A stretch of DNA of 64,000 nt, taken from the NCBI GenBank assembly GCA_013239625.1, contig MU056000.1, forward strand, positions 11,483,175 through 11,547,174, written 5' to 3'. The DNA comes from Lama guanicoe. Taxonomy: Eukaryota. The notes beneath the pieces were generated by a model. It made no database searches and was not told where the DNA came from. It saw only the letters and a program-made list of their open reading frames with translations. Both the position numbers and the translations under genes were made by a program. This document shows, piece after piece, positions 11,701 through 25,391 of the stretch; position 1 is the first letter of the stretch; each line of letters begins with the position of its first letter.

Positions 11701-12554
11701 AACAGCTTGCTTTTGCTCTGTCCATGAATGTCCACCTTTCTTTTTATCCGCAGCATTCCCAGTCTCGGCCAGTATCCTACAGACTTTTCAAGTGATCCTG
11801 CATTCTGGTCCTGGGAGGAATGCCCCCGGTGGCTTACCCCAATTCTGACCTTTTCTCTAAAAATCTGAAGGAACATTTCTTTGTGTCCTCTGCGTACTCG
11901 TTACTGTTATTGCCTTACCTTCCAAGGCTTAATTGAGAAAAGGACTGAATCTTAGGAGAGCAAAACTTTTCCCTGAAGAAAACAAAACCATTCCGCTTAT
12001 GGTGGGGCTGATATTATGCCTAGACTGTGGCTTCTATTTGTTTCTGTGAGCTTCCCAGGGGGACACAGTCACCTGGATAACGTTGCCTTTCTCAACAGGA
12101 AGGAAAAAGAATTCCTGATTATTAAAATCAGCTTGTAAGTGAACTCAAGGCACCTAGCCATTTTCTTTGTAGGGATGGTCCCAGTTCTGGTTGAAGCTGC
12201 CATGCCTCCGACAACCAGATCATGAAGAACGGCCACAGTCCTCCCCTCACTGGCCTGCCAGATATCAAGCTGGGACTCGCGGGAGAGACGCAGCGCTAGT
12301 GGGCAGGCTTGGGAGTGGGAGCCGGCTAGGACAACTCTCATGGGCAGGTTTATTATTAGGAATGTGTGGCCATGAATTCATCCTTGGAGTCACAGAGGAA
12401 AGAAAACTGCGAAGATCAATTAAGAAAGAGTGAGACGCCAAAAATGTGGGTATAATTTGGGATTCAGATGAGGGGTGTGAGCTACAACCTAGTCTTGACT
12501 TATTTTGTGCTAACACTGTCCTTCATCCCTAAGACCCCCCATTGTGATCGTGGC

Positions 12555-12556
12555 CC

Positions 12557-12591
<35 letters not shown>

Positions 12592-12620
12592 AACACACAC
12601 AAATACACATACATACACAC
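12555..12620. repeat. Compound (CT)n/(CA)n microsatellite
   Basis: Visible directly. Confidence 0.85.
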
Positions 12621-13399
12621 CATCATTTGCATGCTTGTGCAAAGTCTGAGAATAGTATAAGGTATTCAGTAAACACAGACCATGCCAGGAATTAGCCAGT
12701 CTGCATGCTGGCAGCCTACCAAAACCAGGTGAGAATGCTCTGCCTCTAGAAGGCCCCTGATGACACTGGGATTTACTATATTCTGTCTGCGTGTACCACT
12801 GGATGCCAGTAGTGTGACTGTGTTAACTAACAGACTCACACTTGGTCAGCCCAAATTTGCGGTGACTTTATTCCCAAATGTAGAGATTCAGTGTAGGAGA
12901 GACAGACTGAGACAAGGTCAAGAACATGACACTTGGTGCATTGTCTATAAATCTCTGTCCTCCGTCTGACTGGAATCCCTTATCTGCTTTTCCCTATGAG
13001 ATCCAGCCTTTGCTGTTATACGTCATGATAAGCTCTCTCCTCTATTCAGACATAAAACCCTTCTAGCTCAGAATTTGTATCAGAATTATATTTTATTTAT
13101 CATAGTTAAGTATGCCTAAATACGGCAAACGACAGGATTTAGGGCCTTCTTTGACATTATTTGCCAAAATTCAATTTCATCACTGTCCTAGCCATTTGCT
13201 ATGTTTTACCTGCTAGTTTATGATTTTCTTATATTTAGCACCAATTTTCAATAGTGGACCACTGAGATTGATAGTCTTTCCCATTAACTTGCAAGAGAGT
13301 ACCACTGATGTCAATATGTATTACCTGATTATGGGATAGAGTCATCAAGTTGCCAGGAAGGGTTTAGATGCACTGTATTTGATGGAGGATAAAATATTG

Positions 13400-13597
13400 C
13401 CACTGAGTCAGACAGACATGGGGTCAGAACTTCACTCTGCCATTTTCTAAGAGTGCAACTCTGGACATGTCCTCCTTTGCAAAGTGTGGATGACAATGCC
13501 CATCTCTTGAAGTGACTGTGGAGGGAAAAAAAAAACAAGATATCTATTAAAAACTTACCATACACACAGTTCATGCTCAATACATGGTAGCTTTAGA
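13400..13597 (+). mobile_element. MIR SINE
   Basis: GAGTCAGACAGACATGGGGTCAGAACTTCACTCTGCCATT...TGCTCAATACATGGTAGCT. Confidence 0.7.
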
Positions 13598-14392
13598 AAT
13601 TTTTATAAATTTCAGAGTCAATAAAATAATTTCAAAAATCACAAAACTCCATACCTTGGAGTAAATGCATTAAAAAGCATCACGGGGCACTTTTTACTCT
13701 AGGATCTAAGATATTAAATTGGACGGGTTCCAGACAACAAGGGATGCTTGTGGTAGGTGTATTTCTAAGTTTCTGATGATGACATCACAAAGCACAACCA
13801 TGTTCTCTCATACAATGCAAGGGTGTCTGTGGCCAAGAGTGAGCAGAGGCCACCATGGATTGTTCACTTGAGCACTCTGATGCAACAGGGAGCCAAGATG
13901 GCGGCTTTATATCCACTCCCCCAACTTGAATTGCATGCTCCATCTTCCTACGAACACCCCCCAGAGAGATAAGTAGAGTGGATGCCGTTTCTATAGTGTC
14001 CAGGAGGCCAAGAATTCAGAATTGTGAATGTTACTAATGGGTAGTAAAATTTCAGATGAAAGCTAAAAGTCTTAGTCACATGTCATCTGTCAGCTCCCTG
14101 GGGCTACTGCCTCATGGCTCCTGCAAATACAGGGCTGAGTCACAACAGAGTGTGGAAAAGAGAAGGGGTCTAGAATGAGGCTTATTGATCTTGAAGTGTT
14201 GTACCTTCTATGATCCTACCCTCTACCCCCATCTTTTCTGTGTGGGATCATGATAGCAATTAAGGATATAAAGTAGAGGAGGATCTCTGCACTGTACAAG
14301 TCACTGTGCCTCACCGTCATGCATGTGTTCCCAAAGCCCCTTCTGACTGGCTCATCCAGGAATGTTTACATCCTGCTTCACCCCTTCCTCCC

Positions 14393-14858
14393 TGTGGTAG
14401 CAAGTGATGTGTCAACTTGTCTAGGCTAAAATACAGTCTCTAGAATTCCCTTTCTAGAATGTTTGTGGCTCTGATGAGCTTGAGGAATATCTCTCATAAG
14501 AGCTGGAAGATGGAAGAAAGGTGACAGTCATTTTATAGCATACACACACCTTCCCCCAACTGTATGCTATGGTGTTTAACCAACCACTGTTCAAGATGCT
14601 GCTATGAAGGGATTTTCTACATGTAATTATATCCTCAACTGGTTGACCTTAAGTTAATCAAAAGGGAGATGGTTCTGGGTGGGTCTGACTTAATTAGTTG
14701 GAAGTCTTTCCTGAGCCCAGGGGCTCCAAACAGCAGCAGAATCCACAACTGTCCCCCTCCACCTGGATCTTATCTCCTAACTGCCTGTCTGTGAGCAATA
14801 AGCTTCAGCTCATGCCTGTAGGGCTCCTTCCTGCTCGTGATCTTCCCTCCTTGACAGT
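14393..14858 (+). mobile_element. MLT2-family (MLT2D/E/F-like) ERVL LTR
   Basis: TGTGGTAGCAAGTGATGTGTCAACTTGTCTAGGCT start; GTTGACCTTAAGTTAATCAAAAGGGAGAT...GGGTGGGTCTGACTTAAT. Confidence 0.75.
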
Positions 14859-14859
14859 T

Positions 14860-15685
14860 CTACAATAATAGTTGGAAACTTCAACATCCCACTTGCAATA
14901 ATAAATAGAACAATCAAAAGTAAGGAAATAGAGGGCTTGAACAATACAATAAAACAACTAAATCTAACAGAAGTATACAGAACACTCTACAACAGAGTAC
15001 ACTTTTTTCCTCAAGTGTACATGGGACATTTTCCAAGAAATTGGAACTTTTTGATAGGAATGTAATATGCTAGAGCCACTGTGGAAAACAGTATGGCCAT
15101 TCCTCAAAAAATTAAAATAGAATTACCAAGTGATCTGTCAATTCCACTTCTGGGCATATATTCAAGGAATTGAAAGCAAGATCTCAAAGAGATATTTGTA
15201 CACACATGTTCACAGCAGCATTATTCACAATAGCTAAAACATGCAAGCAACCCATGTGGTCATCAATGGATGAATGGATAAGTAAGTAAAATGTGGTATA
15301 TACATACAATGCAATATTATTTCCAACATGAAGCGGAATATTATTCTAACATATGCTGCAACATGGATGAACCTTGAGGATATTATGCTTATTGAAATAG
15401 GTCAGTTACTAAGAGACAAGTACTATATGATTCTATGTATATGAGATAATTAGAGTAGCCAAATTTGTGAGAAGAAAGTAGAATAGTAGTTGCCAGGGTC
15501 TGGGGAATTATTTTATAAATGGGTATAGAGTTTTATTTTTCAAGATAAAAAATAATTTTGAAGATGGATAATGCTAATGGTTTCACAATGTGAATGTATT
15601 TAATACCATTGACTTGTACATTTTAAAATGGTAAGATGATAAATTGTATGTTATGATACCATGATAATAAATTGATCAAAAAAAC
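14860..15685 (+). mobile_element. L1MB-type LINE: ORF2 endonuclease fragment fused to the ORF2 C-terminus and 3' UTR
   Basis: ACAATAATAGTTGGAAACTTCAACATCCCACTT (EN GDFN-motif region) runs to about 15035, then GCCACTGTGGAAAACAGTATGG...CAATTCCACTTCTGGGCATATA and the 3' UTR follow. Confidence 0.85.
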
Positions 15686-15750
15686 TTTATGAACCAATAG
15701 TCAATTTCACTATCAAAAAGTGTCTTTCCTTCAAAATATAATCCTAACTT

Positions 15751-17425
15751 TGGATTGGAAGAATTAATATTGTTAAAATGGCCATACTACCCAAAGCAAT
15801 CTACAGATTTAATGTGATCCTTATCAAACTGCCTACAACATTTTTCACAGAACTAGAACAAATAATCCTAACATTTATATGCAACCCAAAAGACCCAGAA
15901 TTGTCAGAATAATCCTGAGGAAAAAGAACAAAGCTGGAGGCATAACACTCCCAGACTTCAGACAATACTACAAAGCTACAGTAATCAAAATAGCATGGTA
16001 TTGGCACAAAAACAGACATTTGAATCAATGAAACAGAATACAGAGCCCAGAAATAAACCCACACACTTATAGACAATTAATCTTCAACAAAGAAGGCAAG
16101 AATATACAATGGAGAAAAGACAGTTTCGTTAGCAAGTGGTGTTGGGAAAGCTGGACATGTAAATCAATGAAGTTAGAACACTCCTCACACCATACACAAA
16201 AATAAACTCAAAATGGCTTAAAGACTTAAACATAAGATAAGACACTGTAAATCTCCTAGAAGGAAAATAAGCAAAACTTTCTCTGACATAAATCTTAGAA
16301 TTGTTCTCCTAGGGCAGTCTACAAAAGCAATAGAAATAAAAGCAAAATAAACATGTAGGACTTGATCAAACTTATAGTTTTTGCACAGCAAAAGAAACCA
16401 TAAACAAAATGAAAAGATAACCTACAAACTGAGAATATATTTGCAGACAATGAGACCTACAAGACTTTAATTTCTGAAATGTACAAACAAACAACTTATT
16501 TAAAAAATGGGCAGAAAATCTAAATAGACATTTCTCCAAAGAAGACATACAGCTAGCCAATAGGCACATGAAAAGATGCTCAATGTTGCTAATTATTAGA
16601 GAAATGCAAATCAAAACTACAATGAGGTATATACCTCACACCAGTTAGAATGGCCATTGTCAAAAAGTCTACAAATAAATACTGGAGAGGGTGTGGAGAA
16701 AAGGAACCCTCCTACACTGTTGCCGTGAATGTAAATTGGTGTAGCTACTATGGAGAACAGTACGGAGGTTCCTTAAAAAATTAAAAATAGACTTACCATA
16801 TGATTCAGCAATCCCACTCTTGGGCATATATTTGAAAAAGACAAAAACTCTAATTCAAAAAGATACATGCACCCCAATGTTCATAGTAGCACAGTTTACA
16901 ATAGCCCAGACATGGAAACAACCTAAATATCCATCGACAGATGAATGGATTAAAGAATTTGTGATATATGTTACTCAGCCATAAAAAAGAATGAAATAAT
17001 GCCATTTGCAGCAATATAGATGGACCTTGAGATTTATCATACTGAGTGAAGTAAGTCAGACAGAGAAAGAAAAATATCATATGATAATCACTTACATGTG
17101 GAATCTAAAAAACATGATACAAATGTTTTTACAAACCGGAAACAGACTATATGAATACATAGAAAACAAACTTACAGTTACCAAAGGAGAAAGGAGGGGA
17201 GAGATAAATTCAAAGTTTGGGATTAACAGATACAAAACACTATATATAAAATAGATAAACAACAAGGTCCTACTGTATAGGACAGGGAGCTATATTCAAT
17301 ATCTTGTAATAAACTGTAATGGAAAAGAATCTGAAAACAAATATATATATGTATATATAACTGAATCACTTTTCTGTACACCAGAAATTAACACAACATT
17401 GTAAATCAACTATACTACAATTTAT
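15751..17425 (+). mobile_element. 5'-truncated L1 (cetartiodactyl/camelid type): ORF2 3' third plus 3' UTR, frameshifted
   Basis: Begins TGGATTGGAAGAATTAATATTGTTAAAATGGCC ([10 protein letters not shown]). Probable TSD ATATAATCCTAACT (15736-15749) / ATATATTCCTATCT (17428-17441). Confidence 0.95.
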
Positions 17426-18414
17426 ATATATATTCCTATCTCTTTTATTTTCTGGATCAAGGTATCCAGTAGCTGAAATCATGAGGACATATCTACCACA
17501 TCACAACATAATTTGCTTCGTCAGAAACTTTTCTACAAAGTCATCATGGGAAACATGAGCTTCTAGAACTGAATGTATCAGTTTATCCCTTCACAGTGTT
17601 TAATAGTTAGAAGTTTTCTGAGTCATTCATCTATGCCTTTACATGACTGATTTCTAAACCACCACAGAGACCTACTTATATTCTCCCCACCAAGCATCCT
17701 TCTGACTTGTGTATAATAAGATATTAAAAGATGTCAGTGGACATACTAATTTTTTAAAATCTCAAATACATAAACAGGCTTTAAAAGACCATATGCTCGT
17801 CTTCTTTAGTTTCTAAACCACGATGTACGCACTGGGCATGATTTACTCCAAAGCTTGTGCTAAGTGAAATCCAAGGTGGTTCCACAAATGATGAATTTAT
17901 GATGGAAAAATAATTTCACTCATTTGTTTTCTTATCCTAGGTTTTTTCTCCCCCAAAATATATGGGGGTGGGGTGAGTATAAAAAAGAAAAGAAACAGGA
18001 GGCATACTTGCAATGTTTACAAAGCAAAAAAGAAATATTATGGTTCTATGAATGAAGAATGTTTTTACAGTGTTTCAGATTTGGCAGGACATCTGGTGTA
18101 GCTGCTACAGAGGGCTTTAGAAGCAAATAGATAAATTCTGCTATCAGTTCCCTTACTCTGCTACCATATGGAAATCTTTTTCTTTTTTCCTTTATTCTAT
18201 CCATTATTGATTGAGAGAGACCAAATCAAATTAAAAATTCCTCTATGAACTGTTTCCTACCCAATGTTTTGGATTGCCTGTTGTCGCCTGTTTGGATTGC
18301 ATTGTCGCCTGTTTTTCGTATATAGACTCAATTCCTGACTTCAGCTTCCTTAAATAGGTTTCCATGCATTGGCTTAAATCTTCTGTAGAAATCAGAGTTT
18401 TAAAAAAAGTAAGG

Positions 18415-19762
18415 ATCTGGAAGACTCAACATTGTTAAGATGTCAATTCACTCCAAATTGATCTATGCAAACCACATGAAAATCCCAGCAGGTGGTTTTG
18501 AAGATAATGAAAATTCTGATTCTAAAACTTCCATGTAAAAGAAAAGGAGCTAGAGCAGGCAAAGCAAATTTGAAAATGAACAAAGTGGGATCCCTCACAC
18601 TATACAATTTCAAGACTTAAATATTAAGCCACACTAATCAAGACAGCATGGTATTGGTAAAAGCAAGGACCACTGCTGGAGTCTAGAATCAATGACATCC
18701 CAGGAATAATGAACTCTCCTAGAGCCCAGATCTTTGTTTCTAAATGCCATTTTTCAGTAATAAAAACCAGAACTCCTTGTAGAAGTAGTTGATTTCAAGG
18801 GTGAGGCAGGGAAAATATAAGATGAACTTGGAACATCTTGTTGTCCAGAAGTAAGGATGTGCTCAGAAAAGGACTGGAGCATGCCAAAAGGTCACAGGAG
18901 CCAATCTAAAAGGGCTCCTAATGTCTAAAGCTGGAACAAGTTGAGCAACAAAACAAATTATAATAGATCAGATTATAACAAACAGAATACAGTAAGTATC
19001 CATGAGTCCGTAATAATATAAATAAATAATTGAATAAATAAGTAAGTGAGAGAGGACAGCTCTTCCAATTAATACAGAAGAGGTGACGAGAATAGGAATG
19101 CACCACAGTTAAAACTGTCATAGGCAAGATCTACCAGTGACTGCTAGTTAGTGGACAAAACTTTGCGGAGAAACGCAATATTTGCCTAGTCTCAAATTAT
19201 CTCCCGCAAGATCTTTATTAGTTAGAAAAGGAGAAACAGTCATTTTAAAATAGGAAGACCCAGCAGATACCACCTGAGTCAAGGGATCAAGGTGGTCATC
19301 ACCAGTAAGAGGACACACTAACATCATGCATCTTCGATGCAACACATTTAGAAGGGCTTATCCCCTCTGTCGTGCGCCTGCCTGAAATTCACAAATTTAA
19401 TCTATTTATGAAAAACCATTAGACCAATCCAAATTGTGGGACATTCTGCAAAACACCTGTCTAATGTGCTTCACAAATGTCAAGGTCCTGGAAGACAGAG
19501 AGGAGCTCTCACAGATTCAGACAACATGGATACATGAGAAGTAAATATAGCGTGGAATCCTGGATTGAGTTTGGGACAGAAAGGACCACTACGGGAGACC
19601 GATAAAACCCAATTAAGTCTGTAGTTGTTTTTTTTAAAGAAAAATTCCAGGTGCTGGCTCTTTAATAAAATTCCCCTAGTCACCATAACGCAATCTTCAA
19701 AAATAGCCCCCATGGTAGTCTACCATGGTTATTCACTACATTTAAGAATAAAGAATAAATAA
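18415..19762 (+). mobile_element. L1MC/L1MD-type LINE: short ORF2 piece (to about 18670) joined to a long 3' UTR
   Basis: TGGAAGACTCAACATTGTTAAGATGTC (ORF2); AGAGCCCAGATCTTTGTTTCTAAATGCCAT...GGCAGGGAAAATATAAGATGAAC...; CCAAATTGTGGGACATTCTGCAAAACACCTG (3' UTR). Confidence 0.8.
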
Positions 19763-21069
19763 GGATGTGTCAATGGATGCTAATAAATTAATGCTTCAGA
19801 AAGTGCTGCTGCTACACACTCAGCCCAGAGAGACAGCATCATGTACCCAACACACGTCCTCACTTCATAATCTATTGATCTCTGTCTGTTCTCACTGGTC
19901 TCTGCATCTGTTGTGCTCTCTCTTCTTCCCATCTGTCTCTCTTTTTCCCTCTTCCTCCACCCTTCACCCAGCCTTCTGGATTATGTTAATACACAGTATA
20001 GAACTGAAGTATGTTTTTAAGTAACTGATATTATCGAGTTTTATAGCTTCTTCACTTAAGCTTGTAAAAAGTTTCTCTCTTTGAAAAAAAAAAAAGCTAA
20101 AGCTGTATTAAGGTGATTGCTCCTCCAGGTACCACTCACATTGATATAGCATGTGTGAGCTTATTGGCTCCTGAAAGAAAATGTTCTTCTATCTCTGGCA
20201 AAAAGCTTAGAAGTCCATTCCGGATGCTTTTTTTTTTTTTTGTGAGATACTTTGAAATAGACAAAAAAAAGCACACAAAGATTTTATTCTTTAACATTGT
20301 AAATCAAACCAGTTTCACCTTCTTATACCTAATCATGCTGCAAATGAACACAGCATATAAAAGGCCAGCTAAAATATCATAAATAATTTCAAAATGGGAT
20401 GGTTATTCTTTTTCTAGAAAAGCCTAATTTTTACTTGCAAAAGAGAGTTAATCAAATTCTATTACATTTGCTTTTCTATCATCACTACGTTTTTTAGAAA
20501 AACAAATTACACTGAGTGTTGATATGGTACAATGAGGTAGATGAGAGGTGCTCTGAGTTAGCTATCCCATCATTTATACCAAAATTAATTTCAAGTGAAG
20601 CTCAAGCACTTTCAGAATCTGGCTGTCATCCTAAATCTCTTCACCGGGGGATGCAAAAATGTTATTCCTTTTTTTTTTTTTTCAATTTGCTGATGATTTC
20701 CTAAGTTGAATTACCTCCAATTTAGTTCTGAAAGCGTTTGATCAAAAAAGATCCCAAAGATCAAGGAGGATATGAATGTATGTTCTGCAAGTGAAATCAA
20801 ATATAGCATTCCTCAAATATATTAGTACTAGGTTTCCTAAATCCATTCTTTCTTCACTCTCCAATCCTGCCTACATCTGGCCCTGGACTGAATTAAATGC
20901 CAAATACAGGAAAAGAGAATGAACTCCAGGTGTGTGTGTATAAGAATGGGTGTGCTGGATGTTTGGGTTGGGGGAGTAGGGCGTGGACTGCAGGGGTATA
21001 TTTCTATATTTAGAATAGCCTGCTGATTGAAATTTCCCAGCTATGTGCACAGCTCCCAACCATATTTTT

Positions 21070-22265
21070 CCTGTGAGAGAACGAAAATAACTAGACATTT
21101 GGGGAAACCTGAACATGAAAGAGAAGGGTCAGGATGCAAAATTCTGACACGTAGATGATTCAAGTAACTAAAGGACACATTTTAAATCTTTCCATTAGTC
21201 CCTTGGAGAAATACAAAAAGATTTTTGCATTCATAAAACAAGAATAGAGAAGCTTCAACAAATTAAACTCGTGATGGCTCTGATTTTTAAATATTCAATA
21301 AGGGGGTTGGGAAGCACATTTAAGGGAATCTGTTATCCACTGCAAGAACAAAAAGATATAGAGACCATGATTATGGGAGATACAATGAGGGACATAGAGA
21401 TTAAATCCGAAGTCTCTAGCAAAGAATAATCGTTGCCTTCTCAGCATCCATTCTCCATTTCTTTCTCATTAATACTTAGTTTAAAGGGGACCTCGATGGC
21501 TTCTCCCTTTCCCTTTTGCTCTTCTGTCCATTTTCCTACTGGACCACCAGAAGGACACCTGCAGAGGGAGTGGCCACCTTGGGATGCTGAAGGCGAATGC
21601 TAAAGATGATGACTCAGGAAAAGAGAATAAAAAAAATAACCCTGTATCTTTATGGCGTGTGGAGTTAGCACACCAGACCTAGACTTCTTATTCTGGATTT
21701 CTTATTATATCAAAATTCAAAGCTGTATTTTGTTGAATGAAACATTTTGGCAGTTTTCTGTTTATCTGGAAACAGAAATGATGTTATCTAATAGAATTCA
21801 ATGGCATTAAGGTAGTCTTATGCATTTATTCATTAATAACATACCATTATTCATTTGTAACATTCAGATAATATCTGAAATAATGCTATCTGACACAAAA
21901 TCCAACAAATGACTCAGAAAAAAAATGAATGAAGAGGGTAGGAGAGGGGAAGGAAGGGAGATGGGGAGGGAGAAGAAAACAGAGGCAAGAGAGTTTTAAA
22001 GAAAAATTTTTTTAATTCCAAAAGATGAAGGGATATAAGTGTCTTACATTTGGGAAGGTCTCCCAGGTGCTGGAAAAATTAATAACAAATGTCCACATTT
22101 TGTACAACAAGGATAAAAGGATTATGTCAAAAGTTCCTTGAAAGAAAAAATAATATACACAGATACAAAAATAAAATGGAAGGAAAAATAAAATGAAATA
22201 TCTCAGAAACAAATCTTGTCCCTGTGACACAGCCAGACTTTCTCAGGCTGATGTCCAGCACTGGC
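21070..22265 (+). mobile_element. HAL1 / ancient L1 ORF1 remnant in two pieces (about 21070-21420 and 21995-22265) on either side of an MLT1 LTR
   Basis: AAAATAACTAGACATTTGGGGAAA...GACATAGAGATTAAATCCGAAG; then AAAATTTT...GTCTTACATTTGGGAAGGTCTCCCAGGTGC...AAGGATAAAAGGATT...CAGACTTTCTCA. Confidence 0.5.
21430..21793 (+). mobile_element. MLT1 (MLT1J/K-like) MaLR LTR
   Basis: CTCAGCATCCATTCTCC start; GGCCACCTTGGGATG...TAAAGATGATG...; TGGATTTCTTATTAT...AGTTTTCTGTTT...TCTAATA end. Confidence 0.6.
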
Positions 22266-23129
22266 AAAAGCTGAGATATCTTCTGTGAGCCATCTATGAC
22301 CACGGATTATACCTTCCTTGTCAAAAGAGAAGTAATTATCAATTTGATTAAAGCCAACTCCCTCCGCCACCTTGTGGAACTTCAACCTGCATGGGACACG
22401 GCAAGTAAAAATTACCAATTTACTAAACTTAAGGAACTGTGTTATTTATATTAATGAAAAGCTTATGAACATTTTTTCAAAATGTGGACAGTACTGGTTT
22501 GCTTTAGGAGGAATGATCAGCCATGCTGTTGGTCTTTGTTTTCAAGTCTTAGACCCCTATGACAAACCTGTAGCTGGAACTTGAAAATGAAGTGATTTGC
22601 TGATACCTGTTCCCAAGAATAAGAGCGAGCAAGAGATGGGTACTCTTGGGAGTGTCATCTTTCCAGTCGTACTATGAGAAAAGTTGGCTTCTTAAGAAAT
22701 TTCAGTTTCCTTAGGGAAGACATCGCTTCTTAAACCATGAATGGATTCAGAAGGCAAAATCCACTGAGGATACAGAGGGGAGAAAAGTGCCCTATGTCTT
22801 CAGTACAAAAGAAAAAGGGAGAGAGACAAATGTGCAGGAAGAGATGGTACTAGATTACCTACCGATGATGAGGAACCCAGAAGTGAACAATGAAGCTCAG
22901 ACTCTTCTCCTCGTTTCTTATGGCTCAGCACCAACTGCATTAAATGGACTAAAACCACCATCAGGTAAGGAGGACAGTAAGGGAAGGAGAACTTCCAAGT
23001 GGAAACTCCGAAAGGAGACTTACGGGGTTTGTATAATGACCCTGGATGTTTAGACAGTGCCCTACATTGTGCAAATATACAACCTGTTCTTGAGATCTTG
23101 TGCATCCTCATCCAGCACCAAGTCCTAGG

Positions 23130-23290
23130 AATGTGGCAAGGGATTCAATTTCTCAGAAACTCCATCTGTGAAACGGGGTACTGTTTGTATCACCAGACAT
23201 TTTCATAAGGATATCATGAAGGTAAAATTAAGAAATTTGCAAAAAATACTTAGCACACACAATCGGTTGGTGAATGCTAGTTGTTTTTTG
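23130..23290 (+). mobile_element. MIR SINE 3' half
   Basis: CATCTGTGAAACGGGG...AAATACTTAGCACA...GTGAATGCTAGTTG. Confidence 0.6.
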
Positions 23291-23929
23291 TGTGTTTACA
23301 AATGTTTATATTCTTATCATACATTTTTTTCAGAATACCCCAGTTGTATCATTACTTCCTTAATTTAGATAACTACACTGATGATCAAAAAGGTTAACCT
23401 GACCTAAGACACACAACTTCCAAAGAGAACTCAAATGTGAATCTTCTAATTGTGAGTTCAGTGTTTATTTGTCTTTTACTCCATTACCCCATGGCTATTT
23501 TCTGAATATAAAGAGTATGATTTTAAAGTTTTTTAAAATAGTTGGATATAAACAGTTGTCAGCTTTATCCAGCTGACAGTTTAAAAGGTTATTTTAATTA
23601 TGCATATATTATTTTGTGTAATAAATAAAGGAATAAAGTAGCAACGACATTGGATGAATGTTTATTTTTATCTTTAATCAGTGTATCAGCCACTCCTCCC
23701 CCAAATTATTAGAGGATTTCTGTTTGTTTGTTTGTTTTGGTCTTAATGTTTCTTATTTAGATTTTATGTAGGGACATCTTAATGCTATATACATACAACA
23801 CATTATATGTTCACATGCTCACATATGTATATACATTTATAAGTATATTATATATAAATAAAATTATATTATCTGCTCGTAATTTTTTTCTTTCCTCCCT
23901 TACCTTAATATAGTTCCCCTTTATGAGAG

Positions 23930-24292
23930 GTTACTGACTCTGATTGGTCTTGTAAGTAGCTTTAGTTTAATGAACTCCTACAAGATGTGATGTGAGCAGA
24001 CAATGTAAGTAAGTTTCCATGGTTTAGCTTATCTTCCCTACTTCTGTTATTACCAAGAGAAGAGTAGGCACTGGGTATTCACTGAGCCCAGAATGAGGTG
24101 TGTGGTATAGATCTGAATGTACCCACTGCCTAGAGCCAGGTCAAGAGAAACTGACTTAGCCCAGAAAGGTTCCAGCCAAGTCATTCATCTACATATTCAT
24201 AATCAAGAAAAAAACAAATGTTTGTTGTAATCCACTGGGATTTTGTAGTTCTTTGTTAAGCGGTATTATTACTGTAATATCTGACTAATACA
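23930..24292 (+). mobile_element. MLT1 (MLT1H/I-like) MaLR LTR
   Basis: Typical end AAATGTTTGTTGTAATCCACTGGGATTTTG...TTGTTAAGCGG...CTGACTAATACA. Confidence 0.7.
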
Positions 24293-25391
24293 ACATGCCT
24301 GAAGAAAGACCTCAGTGATAATAACCCTTGGGGAGCAGAATTAGAAATGACTTTTATTAATTTCTTTTTAGTCATTGAATGACTTAAACACTAGTGTGTT
24401 TTACTTTGCTTTCATTTTTTGAAACATTTCTTTAGCTAAAGAAATTGCTTTCACATTTATGTTACATATTTGTATTTATATACACACTTGTCTTAAAGTG
24501 GTTTTGATCTGGAACTTTTGATATTATATATTATTCAATATTTATTCGAACTTAATTTTAAAATTCAACTTGTTCCATACCTTAAAATGTCAGAAGTAAA
24601 ATAATCTCTTGACTCAGAGTGACTTAGATTAATTTTTTTTAAAGCAAATTGTGGAATCAGTGAATTGTAGTCTACCTTCTTAGGGATACATGAATTTCTT
24701 CAAAATGTCATGAGGCTGGCGTAATTAGTTGCTCATGGAGAGCCAATTCTTAGAGCCATAGCCTTACAGAAAAGACAGTCTTAGTCTATTTTAATTTATC
24801 TAGAATCCAGACTGAACTCTAATTTATACAACAGTTGGAACATCCCACATGGATACATCTGTTGAGCTGTGATAAATCACAGCAACCTTTGAGAACACTA
24901 GTGAAGCATTTGATGAAGAGGCTAAGGGGAGATAGTTCATCAAAAAAGATAGTGTTAAGGAAATGTCCAGAATCCAAATTTATTCTTCACGGTGCCTCTA
25001 AGTTACCGTCCCAAAGTCCCTTGAGCAAGAAAGACAGAGGCCGATCACTTTGGCACAGGGGAAAATCCAGCGTTAGTGTCCACTCTGCCATTCAGCCTTT
25101 TTCTTTAGCCTCCTCTCTCCTGGGTGGCTTGGACCTAAGAGGGACATTCAGGCTGGCCCTAAAAAGTAGACTTATAAACACATAAAATTCACCTTTCTAG
25201 TACTACAGTAATGTTTTCACATTGACCTCTCCCAAAAGAATTTAAGAACCACTATGTGGTAATTGTCTCAGGTAAAAAGGAGAATAAAGACCCTGAATCT
25301 TTTGAATAGTTTAAGTGTTAATGACAATTCCAATTTTTTCTTATTGTCATACCTTTTTAGTGCCTTCTTTTAGCACAAATAACATTGGTTT

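Noticed and set aside
12190..12420. Possible ancient LTR fragment or exon
   Set aside because: Similarity is too weak to name a family, and there are no convincing splice signals or protein similarity
15801..17254. ORFs such as [10 protein letters not shown]..., [10 protein letters not shown]... and MQQYRWTLRF... (and similar ones at 40968-42238, 43992-44234 and 59012-60464)
   Set aside because: These are antisense or broken frames of decayed L1 ORF2 and 3' UTR, not genes
20330..20370. TATA box TATAAAAG at 20356-20363
   Set aside because: An isolated motif with no CpG island or downstream exon evidence; expected by chance in AT-rich DNA
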